Assembly (NCBI GenBank): GCA_949299535.1
Contig: CASGAQ010000001.1
Location: 3,886 to 67,885 of the forward strand
Length of the DNA: 64,000 bases
Reading direction: 5' to 3'
Origin: an uncultured Eubacteriales bacterium
GTDB taxonomy: Bacteria > Bacillota > Clostridia > Oscillospirales > CAG-272
Positions 48,667-59,179 of the stretch are shown here, piece after piece; position 1 is the stretch's first letter, and each line of letters begins with the position of its first letter. The translations under genes and the position numbers were made by a program. The notes below the pieces were generated by a model that was not told where the DNA came from, ran no database searches, and saw nothing but the letters and a program-made list of their open reading frames with translations.

Positions 48667-49413
48667 ATGGAAGGCTATATTCACTCTACGGAAAGCTTCG
48701 GCACGGTAGACGGTCCCGGCGTGCGCTATGTCGTTTTTACGCAGGGCTGTCCCATGAGGTGCAAATATTGCCACAACCCGGATACATGGGAAACAGGAAA
48801 AGGCACAAAGATGTCCGCGGAACAGATTATCAAAGAGTATAATAAGAACCGCGAGTTTTATACTAAGGGCGGCATTACCGTCACCGGCGGCGAGCCTCTT
48901 ATGCAGATAGATTTTCTTCTTGAGCTTTTCCGACTTGCCAAAAAGAACAATATTCACACGTGTATAGACACTTCGGGCATAACTTATAATCCCGATAATG
49001 CGGAATACACGAAACGTCTTTCCGAGCTGATGAAATATACCGACCTCGTTATGCTTGATATAAAGCATATCGACCCGGAACATCACCGTGAGCTGACAAA
49101 ACAAGATAACAAAGGCATACTCGCTTTTGCAAGATATCTTTCGGAACACAATATTCCTTTTTGGGTAAGGCATGTTGTCGTTCCCGGTATCACGGATAAC
49201 CCGAAATATCTTCGTGAACTCGGACATTTTCTCGGAACGCTTCACGGTCTGAAGGCGCTTGATGTTCTGCCTTATCACACGATGGGCGTGTCAAAGTACA
49301 AGGAACTCGGTATCCCCTACCCTTTGGAAGGCGTAGAGGCGCTCCCCCGTTCCGAAGCCGTCAAAGCAAAACAGATAATTCTGGAAGCGATGAAAGAGAC
49401 AAAACCGGCATAA
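48667..49413 (+). CDS. pflA: Pyruvate formate-lyase activating enzyme (radical SAM)
   Basis: 248 aa. Contains the CxxxCxxC motif GCPMRCKYCHNPD and the N-terminal SFGTVDGPGVRYVVF. Confidence 0.95.
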   Translation: MEGYIHSTESFGTVDGPGVRYVVFTQGCPMRCKYCHNPDTWETGKGTKMSAEQIIKEYNKNREFYTKGGITVTGGEPLMQIDFLLELFRLAKKNNIHTCIDTSGITYNPDNAEYTKRLSELMKYTDLVMLDIKHIDPEHHRELTKQDNKGILAFARYLSEHNIPFWVRHVVVPGITDNPKYLRELGHFLGTLHGLKALDVLPYHTMGVSKYKELGIPYPLEGVEALPRSEAVKAKQIILEAMKETKPA

Positions 49414-49420
49414 ATAAAAA

Positions 49421-49445
49421 AGCTCGGCGTAAGCTGAGCTTTTTT
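49421..49445 (+). terminator. Intrinsic terminator after pflA
   Basis: AGCTCGGC-gtaa-GCTGAGCT followed by TTTTT. Confidence 0.7.
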
Positions 49446-49649
49446 ATTTATCAAAAGCGTAAACCTATTGATTTTATGTGAATTATTTTTTATTTTTTCG
49501 AGCGCTTATTGACTTCTTTATCCTTATAATTTATAATATATTAAGTATAAGGATAAATTTAATTCCGATAAAAATATTTGAGAATGATTTTTTCTTATGC
49601 CAAATGGCTCTTAAAAGTATTAAAAGAAAGACAAAGGAGGTGTCAAAAA

Positions 49650-51197
49650 TTGATATGGGACATTTTAATTCCGGTTGCGGTGGGCGCAGTTATGCTCGTT
49701 ATCGGTACGCTTATCGGGTATAATGCCAGAAAGAAGACGGCTGAATCCAAAATATCTTCCGCAGAAGAACACGCAAAGAAGATAGTCGAGGAAGCTGTCG
49801 CCGCCGGCGAAGCGCGACGCAAAGAGATGCTTGTCGAAGCCAAGGAGGAAATCCTTCGTGCCAAAACGGAAGCGGAGCGCGAAAACAAAGAACGCAGACA
49901 GGAAGTTATAAGGCTGGAAAACAGAGCTCTTGCCAAAGAAGAAACTCTGGACAAAAAGCTTGAAAACTACGAAAGGCGTGAAGAACAGCTTAATCAGAAG
50001 ATAAAAGATAACGATATCATAAAAAAAGAGCTTGAACAGAAAAAAGCAGACGCACAGGCAAGGCTTGAAGAGATATCCGGATACACGGCAGAAAGCGCGA
50101 AAGCAGAACTGGTTTCTCAGATAGAGAACGAAGCAAAACGCGAAGCCGCCGTAAAACTTAAACAAATCGAAAATGATCTCCACGACAGCGCCGATGAGAA
50201 AGCGCGCAACATACTTTCTCTGGCGATACAAAGACTTGCGTCGGATCAGGTTTCCGAAACGACGGTTTCGGTTGTTCCTCTTCCCTCTGATGAGATGAAA
50301 GGACGAATTATCGGCCGCGAGGGACGCAATATCCACAAAATAGAAACTCTCACCGGAGTCGATCTTATCATTGATGATACGCCCGAGGCGATAACGCTTT
50401 CGTGCTTTGACCCGATAAGACGCGAGGTGGCAAGGCTGACGCTTGAAAAACTTATCTCCGACGGACGCATACATCCGACAAGGATCGAAGAAACCGTTGA
50501 AAAATCACGCCGCGAGGTGGAAGCCTCCATCAAGCGCGCAGGCGAAGAAGCCGCTCTTGAGACCGGTGTGAACGGTCTTAACTCCGACCTTGTAAAGCTT
50601 TTGGGCAGACTTAAATACCGCACAAGCTATGGTCAGAACGTTCTCAATCACTCGATAGAGGTATCTTACATCGCCGGAATGTTGGCAAATGAGCTTGGCA
50701 TGGACGGCACGCTTGCAAAACGCGCAGGACTTTTGCACGATATAGGCAAATCTTTGACGCAGGAAGTAGAAGGCTCTCACGTTCAGTTGGGCGTTGAGAT
50801 AGCGCGCAAGTTCAAAGAAAACAGAGACGTTGTTCACGCCATTGAAGCGCATCACGGCGACGTCGAACCGCAGACAGTTACCGCAGTCATCGTGGCGGCG
50901 GCAGACGCTGTTTCCGCAGCACGCCCCGGCGCACGCAGAGAAGACCTCGACAACTACATCAAACGACTTCAGAAACTTGAAGAGATATCAAACAGCTTCC
51001 CCGGTGTTGAGAAATCATATGCCATTCAGGCGGGCAGAGAGATCCGCATAATGGTAAAACCCGAACAGGTAAACGACGACAAGATGATTGTTGTTGCCCG
51101 CGATATCGTTAAGAAGATAGAAGCGGAGCTTGAGTATCCCGGACAGATAAAAGTCAACGTTATACGCGAAAGCCGCGCCGTTGATTATGCAAAATAA
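49650..51197 (+). CDS. rny: Ribonuclease Y
   Basis: Start at the in-frame TTG at 49650, 9 nt after GGAGG, which gives the N-terminal TM helix [18 protein letters not shown]. The track ORF starts at 49578. A KH domain ([11 protein letters not shown]) and an HD domain (LLHDIGK) are present. Confidence 0.93.
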   Translation: MIWDILIPVAVGAVMLVIGTLIGYNARKKTAESKISSAEEHAKKIVEEAVAAGEARRKEMLVEAKEEILRAKTEAERENKERRQEVIRLENRALAKEETLDKKLENYERREEQLNQKIKDNDIIKKELEQKKADAQARLEEISGYTAESAKAELVSQIENEAKREAAVKLKQIENDLHDSADEKARNILSLAIQRLASDQVSETTVSVVPLPSDEMKGRIIGREGRNIHKIETLTGVDLIIDDTPEAITLSCFDPIRREVARLTLEKLISDGRIHPTRIEETVEKSRREVEASIKRAGEEAALETGVNGLNSDLVKLLGRLKYRTSYGQNVLNHSIEVSYIAGMLANELGMDGTLAKRAGLLHDIGKSLTQEVEGSHVQLGVEIARKFKENRDVVHAIEAHHGDVEPQTVTAVIVAAADAVSAARPGARREDLDNYIKRLQKLEEISNSFPGVEKSYAIQAGREIRIMVKPEQVNDDKMIVVARDIVKKIEAELEYPGQIKVNVIRESRAVDYAK

Positions 51198-51278
51198 TTT
51201 TTGCAGAACTTTATATAGATTTTAATATAGAATTAAAATGAAAACATCGGTTCGAGCCGAATATATAAAGAATGAAAA

Positions 51279-51304
51279 GAGGTTCCTTTCGGAGTCTCTT
51301 TTTT
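51279..51304 (+). terminator. Intrinsic terminator after rny
   Basis: GAGGTTCC-tttc-GGAGTCTC followed by TTTTTT. Confidence 0.65.
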
Positions 51305-51504
51305 GCCGCGGAGATATCTTCTTCGGCACGAATCGGGGCGGCGGCATACGCTTTTCCGCGCCTGAAAATCCAAATCCCGCAAAAATTCTTCCTAAATTAT
51401 ATATAACATACAGCCGTTGGCAGAGGCGACTCGGAGCGTATTATTGCGGATATAAGGCGGAAAAAGTGCAATGTTACAGTTTTGTTACAGAATGAAAAAA
51501 ACAC

Positions 51505-51536
51505 TTGAAAAATTTTTTGAAATATAGTATTATAAT
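51505..51536 (+). promoter_or_regulatory. Candidate sigma-A promoter of the SLH giant-protein gene
   Basis: TTGAAA - 17 nt - TATTAT, overlapping TATAAT. A 5' UTR hairpin GGGATC-tgaa-GGTCCC lies at 51554-51569. The strong RBS is CAGGAGGAAACACATG. Confidence 0.4.
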
Positions 51537-51598
51537 GTCACAAGATTAATAAAGGGATCTGAAGGTCCCTAAATAAAAAATTTTTCAGGAGGAAACAC

Positions 51599-54500
51599 AT
51601 GAAAAACTTCAAAAGAAGTCTTGCACTTGTACTCGCGCTCATTATGATCATCGGTACTTTTGCAAGCGTTTCTGCTTTCTCTTCAACGAATGCATGGTAT
51701 GCCGATGCTGCTTACGGTCTCCAGTCTTGGGGCGTAATCACATCTGAAGACGTTGAATCTGCAATGGCAGGAAAAATCATTGACAGAAAAACATTCACAC
51801 TTTGGGTTGCCAAAGTACTTTCCCAGGACGTTGACGATCAGATTTGGGATACACAGACAGAAACACGTTATGAAGACGTTGACTACTCTGAAGGCTCCGA
51901 CGACAACTCCAGCGCTATTGCATACGCAACGGCAAACGGTATAGTTCGCGGATACACAGAAGGTCCTGACCACTACATATTCGGACCTGATGACAGCCTT
52001 AAGCTCGGTCAGGCTGCAACGATCATCATTCGTCTCCTTGACAGATTCGGTTATACCGGAATTGTACAGTCAACATACATCAAACTCGCTGAAAACTATC
52101 AGGAGAACTTCGATAGCACAGAATACGCAGCTTACATGTATGTTGCACAGAACCCCATCGGCGTTATCGACGATACATACAAAGCTAACTGCACAGCTTT
52201 CGCAGACGAAGCTGAACTTACGTACGGCGAAGCAGCATACCTCCTTTGGAACGCTGCTGTAAACTGCAAAACTTCTGTCGAATACGATAAAGATTTTGAT
52301 GATGATCCCACCGAGGATGGTAAACCAGGAACGATCGGCAATCGTCTCGACGATACAACTGCTAACATCTCCCGTACATACTACGGTATTGTTACAAAAG
52401 TTACAACAAACGGCACAGACGAAGTTGCAGGTCTTACAATTTCACTTCAGGTATCTTCTAATAAGTTCGTTACACTTGACCTCACACAGCCTCAAGTAAA
52501 AGCTCTTGTTGTTGACGCTAACAAAAAGAAAACAGACAACGTGGGCAATGTTAACTCTGATGGCCTTTACGTGTCCGTAAGAGATTTCACAGTTGGTACA
52601 CTTGTTAAAGTTTCCTACAACGGCAATGCTGCTAACGATTCTCCCAATGGAACACTTCCTTATAACAAAGACAAGTTTATTTCTATTACGAAGACGAATT
52701 CCGTAATCGTAGATTCTTTCCTTGTTTACAAATACGGTTGGTGTGGTAAAAACGGCGGTTACAAATACAACCACCTCTACAACGAACTTATTTTGAATGG
52801 TACACAGCGTTTGAACAAAACTCCCGTTCTTCCCGCATACTACACATCCGACCTTGCTATCGAAAAAGCTACTTCTGAAAGAAATAAACAAACAATCTAC
52901 ACAATCACATTTAAAGATGTAACTTATATTCTCGGCGGCGCTACTTCTGATACTAACGACACGCTCCTCATCGCTTCAAATGTAAAACCCACATCTTCCG
53001 ACAAAGTAATCGTTATTTACGACGATGCCGGTAAGATGATGACTGTTGGTCAGATAAAAGGCGTTTACGATTCTATCGTAAACACAGCTGAAGGTCAGAT
53101 GAAGTTCACATTCACAGACACAGACGGCGACGGTGACTACGATATCCTTACTCAGAACAAAGCAACTGTTAAATTCGACCACTCAAACGCAACAAAGATA
53201 AACAGCGATAACAGAACAGGTAAAAGCACATTCATCATTTTCAACAAGAATATCCTCCGTGACGGTGAAACATATACAGATGAGAAATATGTAAATGTAT
53301 CTGAAGGCACAGTAGCGTTCAAATACACAGGCAACGCTTCCACAGGTCTTACAGCCCTTCTCATGAACAATGCTTCTTCGGCAAGCACAACGCCTTACTA
53401 CAAACAGGTTGAACTTCTCGGTGCAGATGGTTCTAAGTTCACAACTATCACGGGTATGGTAACAAATGTTGAAACCATCGGCGGTATCGAGGATTACTAT
53501 CGTGTAGTTATCAAAGATGCTGAAGGCAATGAAACAACAACAATCATTCCTGCATACAACAAACTTTTCGATACTAACGGTACAGCTAAGGAACTCAACA
53601 GAACATTCAACTACTATGTTGGCGGAGATTCTTCCTCCCTCACAATTAATACACATGGTTGGTATTCTTACCTCATCGACGCATATAAGGATCAGTATGC
53701 AAATCAACAAGGCGGTGCAAACTACTTCCCTGCAACTGAAGGCAATAAACCCACGTCTCTCCTTTGGAAGACTGTAACAGTTGCAGTTGACAATACCAAC
53801 AATGTTGTTGCTATCTCCGGCCTTGACCTCTCCACATCTGATTCCGTTACAAACGGTTTCGTAACAAAAGTTGAAGAGACTGACGACGGCAACGTATTCA
53901 ATCTCACTCTCGCTACAAAGACAGGCACAAGCACAGTAAAAGTAAACGCTTCCGTTGGTTCTGCGCATGACTGGACAACTATCCCCATGCTCAACAGACT
54001 CTTTGCAAAAGGTCTCCTTTCCGATACAGAAGCTATTGCCTCTGGTGCAGGCTATGAAGCTGCTACAAGCAACATTCTTTACGTTGAAGTTAAGAATGAC
54101 GGCGGTAACAACTACATCGTAAAAGATGCTGACGCAAACGCTAACTACGGTTGGATCCCCGGCAATGTTATCGAAGGCGATATCACAGACCGTATCTTTG
54201 ACGCTCAAAAAACATACGGCAGCGAATATACAAACCAGACTTCTCCCAAAGTTCCCACAGTTGCAACTCCTGAAGTGACAAACTACTACAATGCATACAG
54301 CGCTAGCGGATACACATGGAAAGTCGTTATCAAGACAACAGACAAAGACGGCAATCCCACTTCTTATGCATATGAGAAGACTCCCACAGAAGTTGAGAGA
54401 ACACAGTACTCTCAGGTTTCCAAACTTGTTATAGATATCACTAAGTCTTACACACTCCAGCAGATCCTCGACGCAGGCAGCCCTGCAACAGGCAATACAA

Positions 54501-56446
54501 AGATTTTCGTTCCTTTCGATGTATATTCTACAAAATCCGGTGAAGAAAACACTAAAATCGTAAATCCCACATATTCTCAGGTATACGCATACCAGACACA
54601 CAAATACTATACAACAGATGTTAGTGGCAACCCTGTCCTTGATACAACAAAAGGCTACGGTCTCTTCTACAATGATGACGGTTCTTTCTCTTCTAATGTA
54701 AATGTAAGATACTTTGTTGACGACAACAATTACGCTTACACAATCGCTAACTACAAAGGTCTTGTTTACAAGACAAATGCAGACGGCACATATGTTGTTG
54801 CTACTGATTCTGCTGAAATTGAACTTACAGAAGATGTAACAACAGATGCTCTCGCAGGCAGACTCACAGACCTTACACTCCCTTACATCAAATCCGCTCT
54901 TCCCTCTAACACAGAATACAAAGCTCACAACAGAACAGACGCTGCTGATCCTACAACGGGTTACAAGTATGTTCCCGGCTGGTACAGATTCCAGGTAGCT
55001 GACAAAGAGGCGTTCGACGTTACTAAGGATACAAAAGTTATCATCATAACTCCTTCCGAAGACAGCGAAAAGACAACTGAATATGTTGACTACACATATG
55101 CAGAAACAACTATCGGCGCTCTCATCGCTTCCAATGACGAACTTGCAGTTCTCAGCTATGTTGCATACAAGGACTCTGCTAAGGGTTATGTAACATGCAT
55201 AACAGTATTCGGCGGAATCGCAACAGCAGGCAAGAATTCTGAAATCGTTACACCTCCCGAAGATCCCGAGATTGAAATCGACGATACAAAAGCTATCGTT
55301 TACCTCCCTGCAGACTCCATCACAAACGCATTCGTTGAAATGGGCAATGATGTTTACTATGTAACATCTTCTATGCAGGCAATCAACCTCTCCGGCGAAA
55401 AAGTAGGTCAGCTTAACTACTACTACTCTTCTTGGAACTACGGCGACCACATCCATAATGCTGCAAACACCTACAATGTTGAAATCCCTGCAGGTCACTT
55501 CTACCTCATCGATACAACAAAGAACAACGCTATCCTTGCAGACCTCGGCGCAGTTTGGAAAGAAGAAAATGTTGACCGCGGTGGTCTTACAACTGGAATG
55601 AAAGGCTTTACATTTATATACAACGGCCAAGAAAGATTCGATTACAGTGGGTATAGAAGACCTGATGGAAGATATTGGCAGACACTCCCTGGTTGTATTT
55701 CCGGTCACGATAACAAGACATACTCTATCAGCAAAATGAACTCTGTATTCGAAAATTCTGCTACAATCAACAGCACGATCAAGAATTACCTCGCTTCCGG
55801 CACGGAACTCGGTAAGTTCGGCACAATGACCATTACAGACGTAACTCCTGAATCCATCATCGCAACAGTTGACGGTGCAACAAACCAGAACATTGCAAAC
55901 CTCAACTTCAAGTTCGTATACTTCGACTATGCAGGCAACGGTCTCTATGAAGCAGAAGCTCAGACGGTATCTAAGGATATGCCCACAAGCGGTCTTGATA
56001 TCATCTACCAGGGAGAAGGCATGAGCCAAAAGGAATACTATGAAAAATTCCGTGAAATCTTTGGCTCTGAAATCTACGGTAAAGATGCTGCTACTCAGAA
56101 CATTGGTTGGGATAAGATTGCTCAGCTCACACCTGCTGCTTACTACGACAGTGCTGTTGCTGAACTCAACAACGCTATAACAAGCGGTGCTTCTCTCGAT
56201 AAAATCGAAGCTGCTCAGGCTAAAGTTGAAAAAGCTACGGAACTCCTCGCTGAGTTTGAAGCTAAGTATGCGGCTGTTCAGAACGACATATTCTGGTCTT
56301 CCGACATCGTTAATACAAAACTTTACCAGTACAAAGTTGCTCAGGTAACATCCGGCAATACAAACGTTAAATATCCTACATTCACATACTACTACGACTA
56401 TGCTACATCTACATACACGGTATTTGTAACATCTTTCGAAAACTAA
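51599..56446 (+). CDS. Giant secreted SLH-domain cell-surface protein (candidate S-layer protein)
   Basis: 1615 aa. Signal peptide MKNFKRSLALVLALIMIIGTFASVSA. SLH-like segment YEDVDY..AIAYATANGIVRGYTEGPDHYIFGPDDSLKLGQAATIIIRLL. Thr/Asn/Tyr-rich beta-type composition. Codon usage is strongly biased: TTA, CTA and TCA codons are absent over more than 900 codons. Confidence 0.7.
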   Translation: MKNFKRSLALVLALIMIIGTFASVSAFSSTNAWYADAAYGLQSWGVITSEDVESAMAGKIIDRKTFTLWVAKVLSQDVDDQIWDTQTETRYEDVDYSEGSDDNSSAIAYATANGIVRGYTEGPDHYIFGPDDSLKLGQAATIIIRLLDRFGYTGIVQSTYIKLAENYQENFDSTEYAAYMYVAQNPIGVIDDTYKANCTAFADEAELTYGEAAYLLWNAAVNCKTSVEYDKDFDDDPTEDGKPGTIGNRLDDTTANISRTYYGIVTKVTTNGTDEVAGLTISLQVSSNKFVTLDLTQPQVKALVVDANKKKTDNVGNVNSDGLYVSVRDFTVGTLVKVSYNGNAANDSPNGTLPYNKDKFISITKTNSVIVDSFLVYKYGWCGKNGGYKYNHLYNELILNGTQRLNKTPVLPAYYTSDLAIEKATSERNKQTIYTITFKDVTYILGGATSDTNDTLLIASNVKPTSSDKVIVIYDDAGKMMTVGQIKGVYDSIVNTAEGQMKFTFTDTDGDGDYDILTQNKATVKFDHSNATKINSDNRTGKSTFIIFNKNILRDGETYTDEKYVNVSEGTVAFKYTGNASTGLTALLMNNASSASTTPYYKQVELLGADGSKFTTITGMVTNVETIGGIEDYYRVVIKDAEGNETTTIIPAYNKLFDTNGTAKELNRTFNYYVGGDSSSLTINTHGWYSYLIDAYKDQYANQQGGANYFPATEGNKPTSLLWKTVTVAVDNTNNVVAISGLDLSTSDSVTNGFVTKVEETDDGNVFNLTLATKTGTSTVKVNASVGSAHDWTTIPMLNRLFAKGLLSDTEAIASGAGYEAATSNILYVEVKNDGGNNYIVKDADANANYGWIPGNVIEGDITDRIFDAQKTYGSEYTNQTSPKVPTVATPEVTNYYNAYSASGYTWKVVIKTTDKDGNPTSYAYEKTPTEVERTQYSQVSKLVIDITKSYTLQQILDAGSPATGNTKIFVPFDVYSTKSGEENTKIVNPTYSQVYAYQTHKYYTTDVSGNPVLDTTKGYGLFYNDDGSFSSNVNVRYFVDDNNYAYTIANYKGLVYKTNADGTYVVATDSAEIELTEDVTTDALAGRLTDLTLPYIKSALPSNTEYKAHNRTDAADPTTGYKYVPGWYRFQVADKEAFDVTKDTKVIIITPSEDSEKTTEYVDYTYAETTIGALIASNDELAVLSYVAYKDSAKGYVTCITVFGGIATAGKNSEIVTPPEDPEIEIDDTKAIVYLPADSITNAFVEMGNDVYYVTSSMQAINLSGEKVGQLNYYYSSWNYGDHIHNAANTYNVEIPAGHFYLIDTTKNNAILADLGAVWKEENVDRGGLTTGMKGFTFIYNGQERFDYSGYRRPDGRYWQTLPGCISGHDNKTYSISKMNSVFENSATINSTIKNYLASGTELGKFGTMTITDVTPESIIATVDGATNQNIANLNFKFVYFDYAGNGLYEAEAQTVSKDMPTSGLDIIYQGEGMSQKEYYEKFREIFGSEIYGKDAATQNIGWDKIAQLTPAAYYDSAVAELNNAITSGASLDKIEAAQAKVEKATELLAEFEAKYAAVQNDIFWSSDIVNTKLYQYKVAQVTSGNTNVKYPTFTYYYDYATSTYTVFVTSFEN

Positions 56447-56464
56447 TAAGTAAGTTTGTGAATG

Positions 56465-56488
56465 AAAAGGCTCCGAAAGGAGCCTTTT
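56465..56488 (+). terminator. Intrinsic terminator
   Basis: AAAAGGCTCC-gaaa-GGAGCCTTTT. Confidence 0.8.
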
Positions 56489-56595
56489 ATATATTATTTA
56501 TTTGTAAAAAAATAAATAATTGGTTGACAAATTAAAAATATTGGTATACAGAAAAATATTCCGGCAGAATAAAAATTTTTTCGGAGGATTTATCC

Positions 56596-57912
56596 ATGAA
56601 AAGAATTTTCTCACTTATTATAGCTGTAATCATGGTTGTACTTATGGTTTCAGCCTGCGGAGGAAACTCAGATGTAACAACCGATCCCACTGTGAGCACA
56701 GACGGCACTTCCGGAACATCGGCGTCAACCACTGACGGCAAAACATCCGGTTCTACGGAAGCAACAGACCAAACAACAACAGGCACAATAGTTAACCCCG
56801 ATGTAAGCGAATTGGAAGTTGTTTATCTTCCCGCAAATTCTACCACGGTAGCTTACGCTCAGGACGGCGATGTTTATTTTGTAACTTCTTCTGAAGAAGC
56901 TCTTTCCGTTGCTTCAGGCGACAGCGCAGGACAGATAAAATATTTCTACTCCACAACAGACAGCGATGAAGATTATATCCATACTTCCGCTGAACACAAT
57001 GTTGAAATTGCGGCAGGCCACTTCTATCTTATAGACAAAGCCAAGAACAACGCAGTTATAAAAGACCTCGGCTCAGTTTTTAATACTCTCACAGCTGACC
57101 GCGGCGGTCTTGAAGCTGGTATGCCCGGCTTTACGTTTATGTACGCTGGAAAGGAACTCACAAACTACGCCAGCTCACTTCCCGGTTGGCTCGCAAGTCA
57201 AGACAATTTTGTATATACTATAAGCGATATGAACAACCAGGATTATTCCTTTGAGGTTGAAAACGCTCCCGGCAATTTCGGCACAATGACTATCACAGAT
57301 GTAACAGATACCGCTATCATTGCGACAGTCGGCGCTGAAACAGGTAAGGATATAACGAACCTCAAATTCAGATTCGTTTACTTTGACTACATGGGCAATA
57401 CCATTTCCGAAGCAGAAGCTCAGTCTACACCCAAGGATCTTCCTACGGGGTGCCTTGACACTATCTACGAGATCGAAGGTATGACAATAGATGAATGGTA
57501 CGAAGAATTCAGAACTGTATGGGGCAATGAAATGTACGGTAAAACATCTGATGTTCAGGCTGCAGCTATGAATGAGCTTGCTCAGTTGTCCCCTGCGGCT
57601 TACTATGTAAGAAGCCTTAACAACTATAACTCCGTTGTAGCTAAAGAAGGCGTTACAGATGAAGAGATAACAGCTGCTGAACTCCAGCTTGAAACAGCAA
57701 CTGAACTTTTGGAAGACTTCGACGTTGACTACGGCAGAGCTTATGACGACATTTTCTGGTCTTCTGATGTTGCAAATTCTGCTCTTGCAAGATACAAAGC
57801 AGCTCAGACAGAAGCAGGCGTTACGGAAATCAAGTATCCCACATTCACATACTACTACGATAACGCTACGGATACATACACAGTATTCTCCACATCTTTC
57901 GAAGTAAAATAA
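56596..57912 (+). CDS. Lipoprotein paralogous to the C-terminal ~385-aa module of the SLH giant protein
   Basis: 438 aa. Lipobox MVVLMVSACGG. From residue ~72 (LEVVYLPANS..) it aligns to residues ~1232-1615 of the preceding protein. Shared blocks: AGHFYLID..KNNA, DRGGL, GNFGTMTITDVT, FVYFDY, AEAQ, DDIFWSSD and KYPTFTYYYD.AT.TYTVF.TSFE. Confidence 0.75.
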   Translation: MKRIFSLIIAVIMVVLMVSACGGNSDVTTDPTVSTDGTSGTSASTTDGKTSGSTEATDQTTTGTIVNPDVSELEVVYLPANSTTVAYAQDGDVYFVTSSEEALSVASGDSAGQIKYFYSTTDSDEDYIHTSAEHNVEIAAGHFYLIDKAKNNAVIKDLGSVFNTLTADRGGLEAGMPGFTFMYAGKELTNYASSLPGWLASQDNFVYTISDMNNQDYSFEVENAPGNFGTMTITDVTDTAIIATVGAETGKDITNLKFRFVYFDYMGNTISEAEAQSTPKDLPTGCLDTIYEIEGMTIDEWYEEFRTVWGNEMYGKTSDVQAAAMNELAQLSPAAYYVRSLNNYNSVVAKEGVTDEEITAAELQLETATELLEDFDVDYGRAYDDIFWSSDVANSALARYKAAQTEAGVTEIKYPTFTYYYDNATDTYTVFSTSFEVK

Positions 57913-57922
57913 ATAATGACAG

Positions 57923-57952
57923 AAAAAAAGACTCCCACGGGAGTCTTTTTTT
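57923..57952. terminator. Bidirectional intrinsic terminator
   Basis: AAAAAAAGACTCC-cacg-GGAGTCTTTTTTT. Confidence 0.8.
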
Positions 57953-57953
57953 G

Positions 57954-58262
57954 TTATTTTATTCCGTCATCCTCTTTTCGAATTAACAAAAGCATGGAAA
58001 AAGGTATGCCGAGCGTTATGCCGCCCGCGCAAACAGCAGCGGCGTAGAAATATTTTTCACTTTTTTCTTCTTGCACGAAAGTTCCGCTTTCCCACATGAC
58101 GGCTTCTTCGAAAACTTCGCTTTGACTTCTCAGCGTGAGGAACTGAAAAGGTGTGAGCGCTTGTTCGTGAGCCTCTACGGCGGCTCCGCCGAGAAATATA
58201 ATAAGGAGCGCGGCAAGCACGGCGTATATCATCGCTACGCTCACAACGGTCTTTTGTTTCAT
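57954..58262 (-). CDS. Hypothetical small membrane protein (2 TM)
   Basis: 102 aa with hydrophobic N- and C-terminal helices. No family recognised. Confidence 0.45.
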   Translation of the reverse strand: MKQKTVVSVAMIYAVLAALLIIFLGGAAVEAHEQALTPFQFLTLRSQSEVFEEAVMWESGTFVQEEKSEKYFYAAAVCAGGITLGIPFSMLLLIRKEDDGIK

Positions 58263-58377
58263 AAAAAATCCCTCCGCATATATTTTGTGCAGGGGAGGGA
58301 GTTTTTTATGCGGAGATTTTTATAATACGGAAAAGATATTTCGGGATAAAATCGAGATAAACAGAAAAAACTCTCCG

Positions 58378-58980
58378 TTATTCGGACGGAGAGCTGAAAT
58401 GTTCATCTACGTGTCTGCCGCGAAGAAAGATAACGAATGTTTTAAAAAAAAGACGAACATCAAAGGAAAAACTCATTTTTTCCACATATTCGGCGTCGAG
58501 TTCGGCTTTGTCTTTTACGGATTCTATCTTTTCGCAATTGATTTGTGCCAGCCCGGCAAGTCCCGGTCTTACGCGGTAAACGCCGCGCGCGGCTCTTTCT
58601 CTGTGGAGCACTTTTTCGCTCGTCATAAGAGGGCGAGGACCGACAAAACTCATTTGACCTGCAAAAATATTTAAAAGCTGAGGAAGCTCATCTGCTCCGG
58701 TCCGCCGCATAAACGTGCCGAAACGCGAAACAAATTCCTCGGAATTAGCCATGTCGCGCGCGGGAATGCTTGAGGGCGCGCTTTTTTTCATTGTTCGGAA
58801 TTTGATTATTTTAAACATTTTCGAGTTTTGACCTATCCTGTCTTGGAGAAAGATGGGAGAGGCTTTTGTGTCGACGGCGCACGCCGCGCAAAGAATGAGC
58901 AAAAGCGGCAGCAGAATGATCATTGCGGCGGCAGAGAGGACGATATCGCAAAATCTTTTTATTGATGGGTATATCTTCAT
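58378..58980 (-). CDS. Bacterial sugar transferase (polyprenyl-phosphate hexose-1-phosphate transferase, PglC/WbaP C-terminal type)
   Basis: 200 aa. One N-terminal TM, then FLQDRIGQNSKMFKIIKFRTM ... DELPQLLNIFAGQMSFVGPRP. Confidence 0.85.
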   Translation of the reverse strand: MKIYPSIKRFCDIVLSAAAMIILLPLLLILCAACAVDTKASPIFLQDRIGQNSKMFKIIKFRTMKKSAPSSIPARDMANSEEFVSRFGTFMRRTGADELPQLLNIFAGQMSFVGPRPLMTSEKVLHRERAARGVYRVRPGLAGLAQINCEKIESVKDKAELDAEYVEKMSFSFDVRLFFKTFVIFLRGRHVDEHFSSPSE

Positions 58981-59179
58981 ATTATCATTTATTTTTACTT
59001 CTTGCTATCCTTATATAAAAATTTGTTTACAGCTTAATGTTACCTATTTTATTATAACGTCACAGCGCAGTAAAGTCAAATAATATGGGGAAAATAATAA
59101 AAAATTTACAAAAAATTCTTTTCTTTTCCCTGCCTGCTGTGGTATTCTTATATCATAAAGTAAATTCTCGGAGGCTGTT

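Noticed and set aside
51238-51495. 85-aa ORF between rny and the SLH gene
   Set aside because: It starts inside the rny terminator region, has no RBS and shows no recognisable features. The region more likely holds the promoter and 5' UTR of the highly expressed SLH gene.
53183-56029. Very long antisense ORFs. The largest is 948 aa opposite the SLH gene. Others: 46226..47449 and 47618..48367 opposite pflB, 33048..34166 opposite gyrA, 30921..31955 opposite gyrB, 26878..27678 opposite dnaA, and 48355..49278 opposite pflA.
   Set aside because: For the three I checked (53183..56029, 46226..47449, 33048..34166), the triplets are in exact register with the sense codons. These ORFs therefore exist only because the sense genes avoid TTA, CTA and TCA codons, which is strong codon bias. 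Their translations are Cys/Val/Phe-rich nonsense with no RBS and no recognisable domains. The sense genes are unambiguous.
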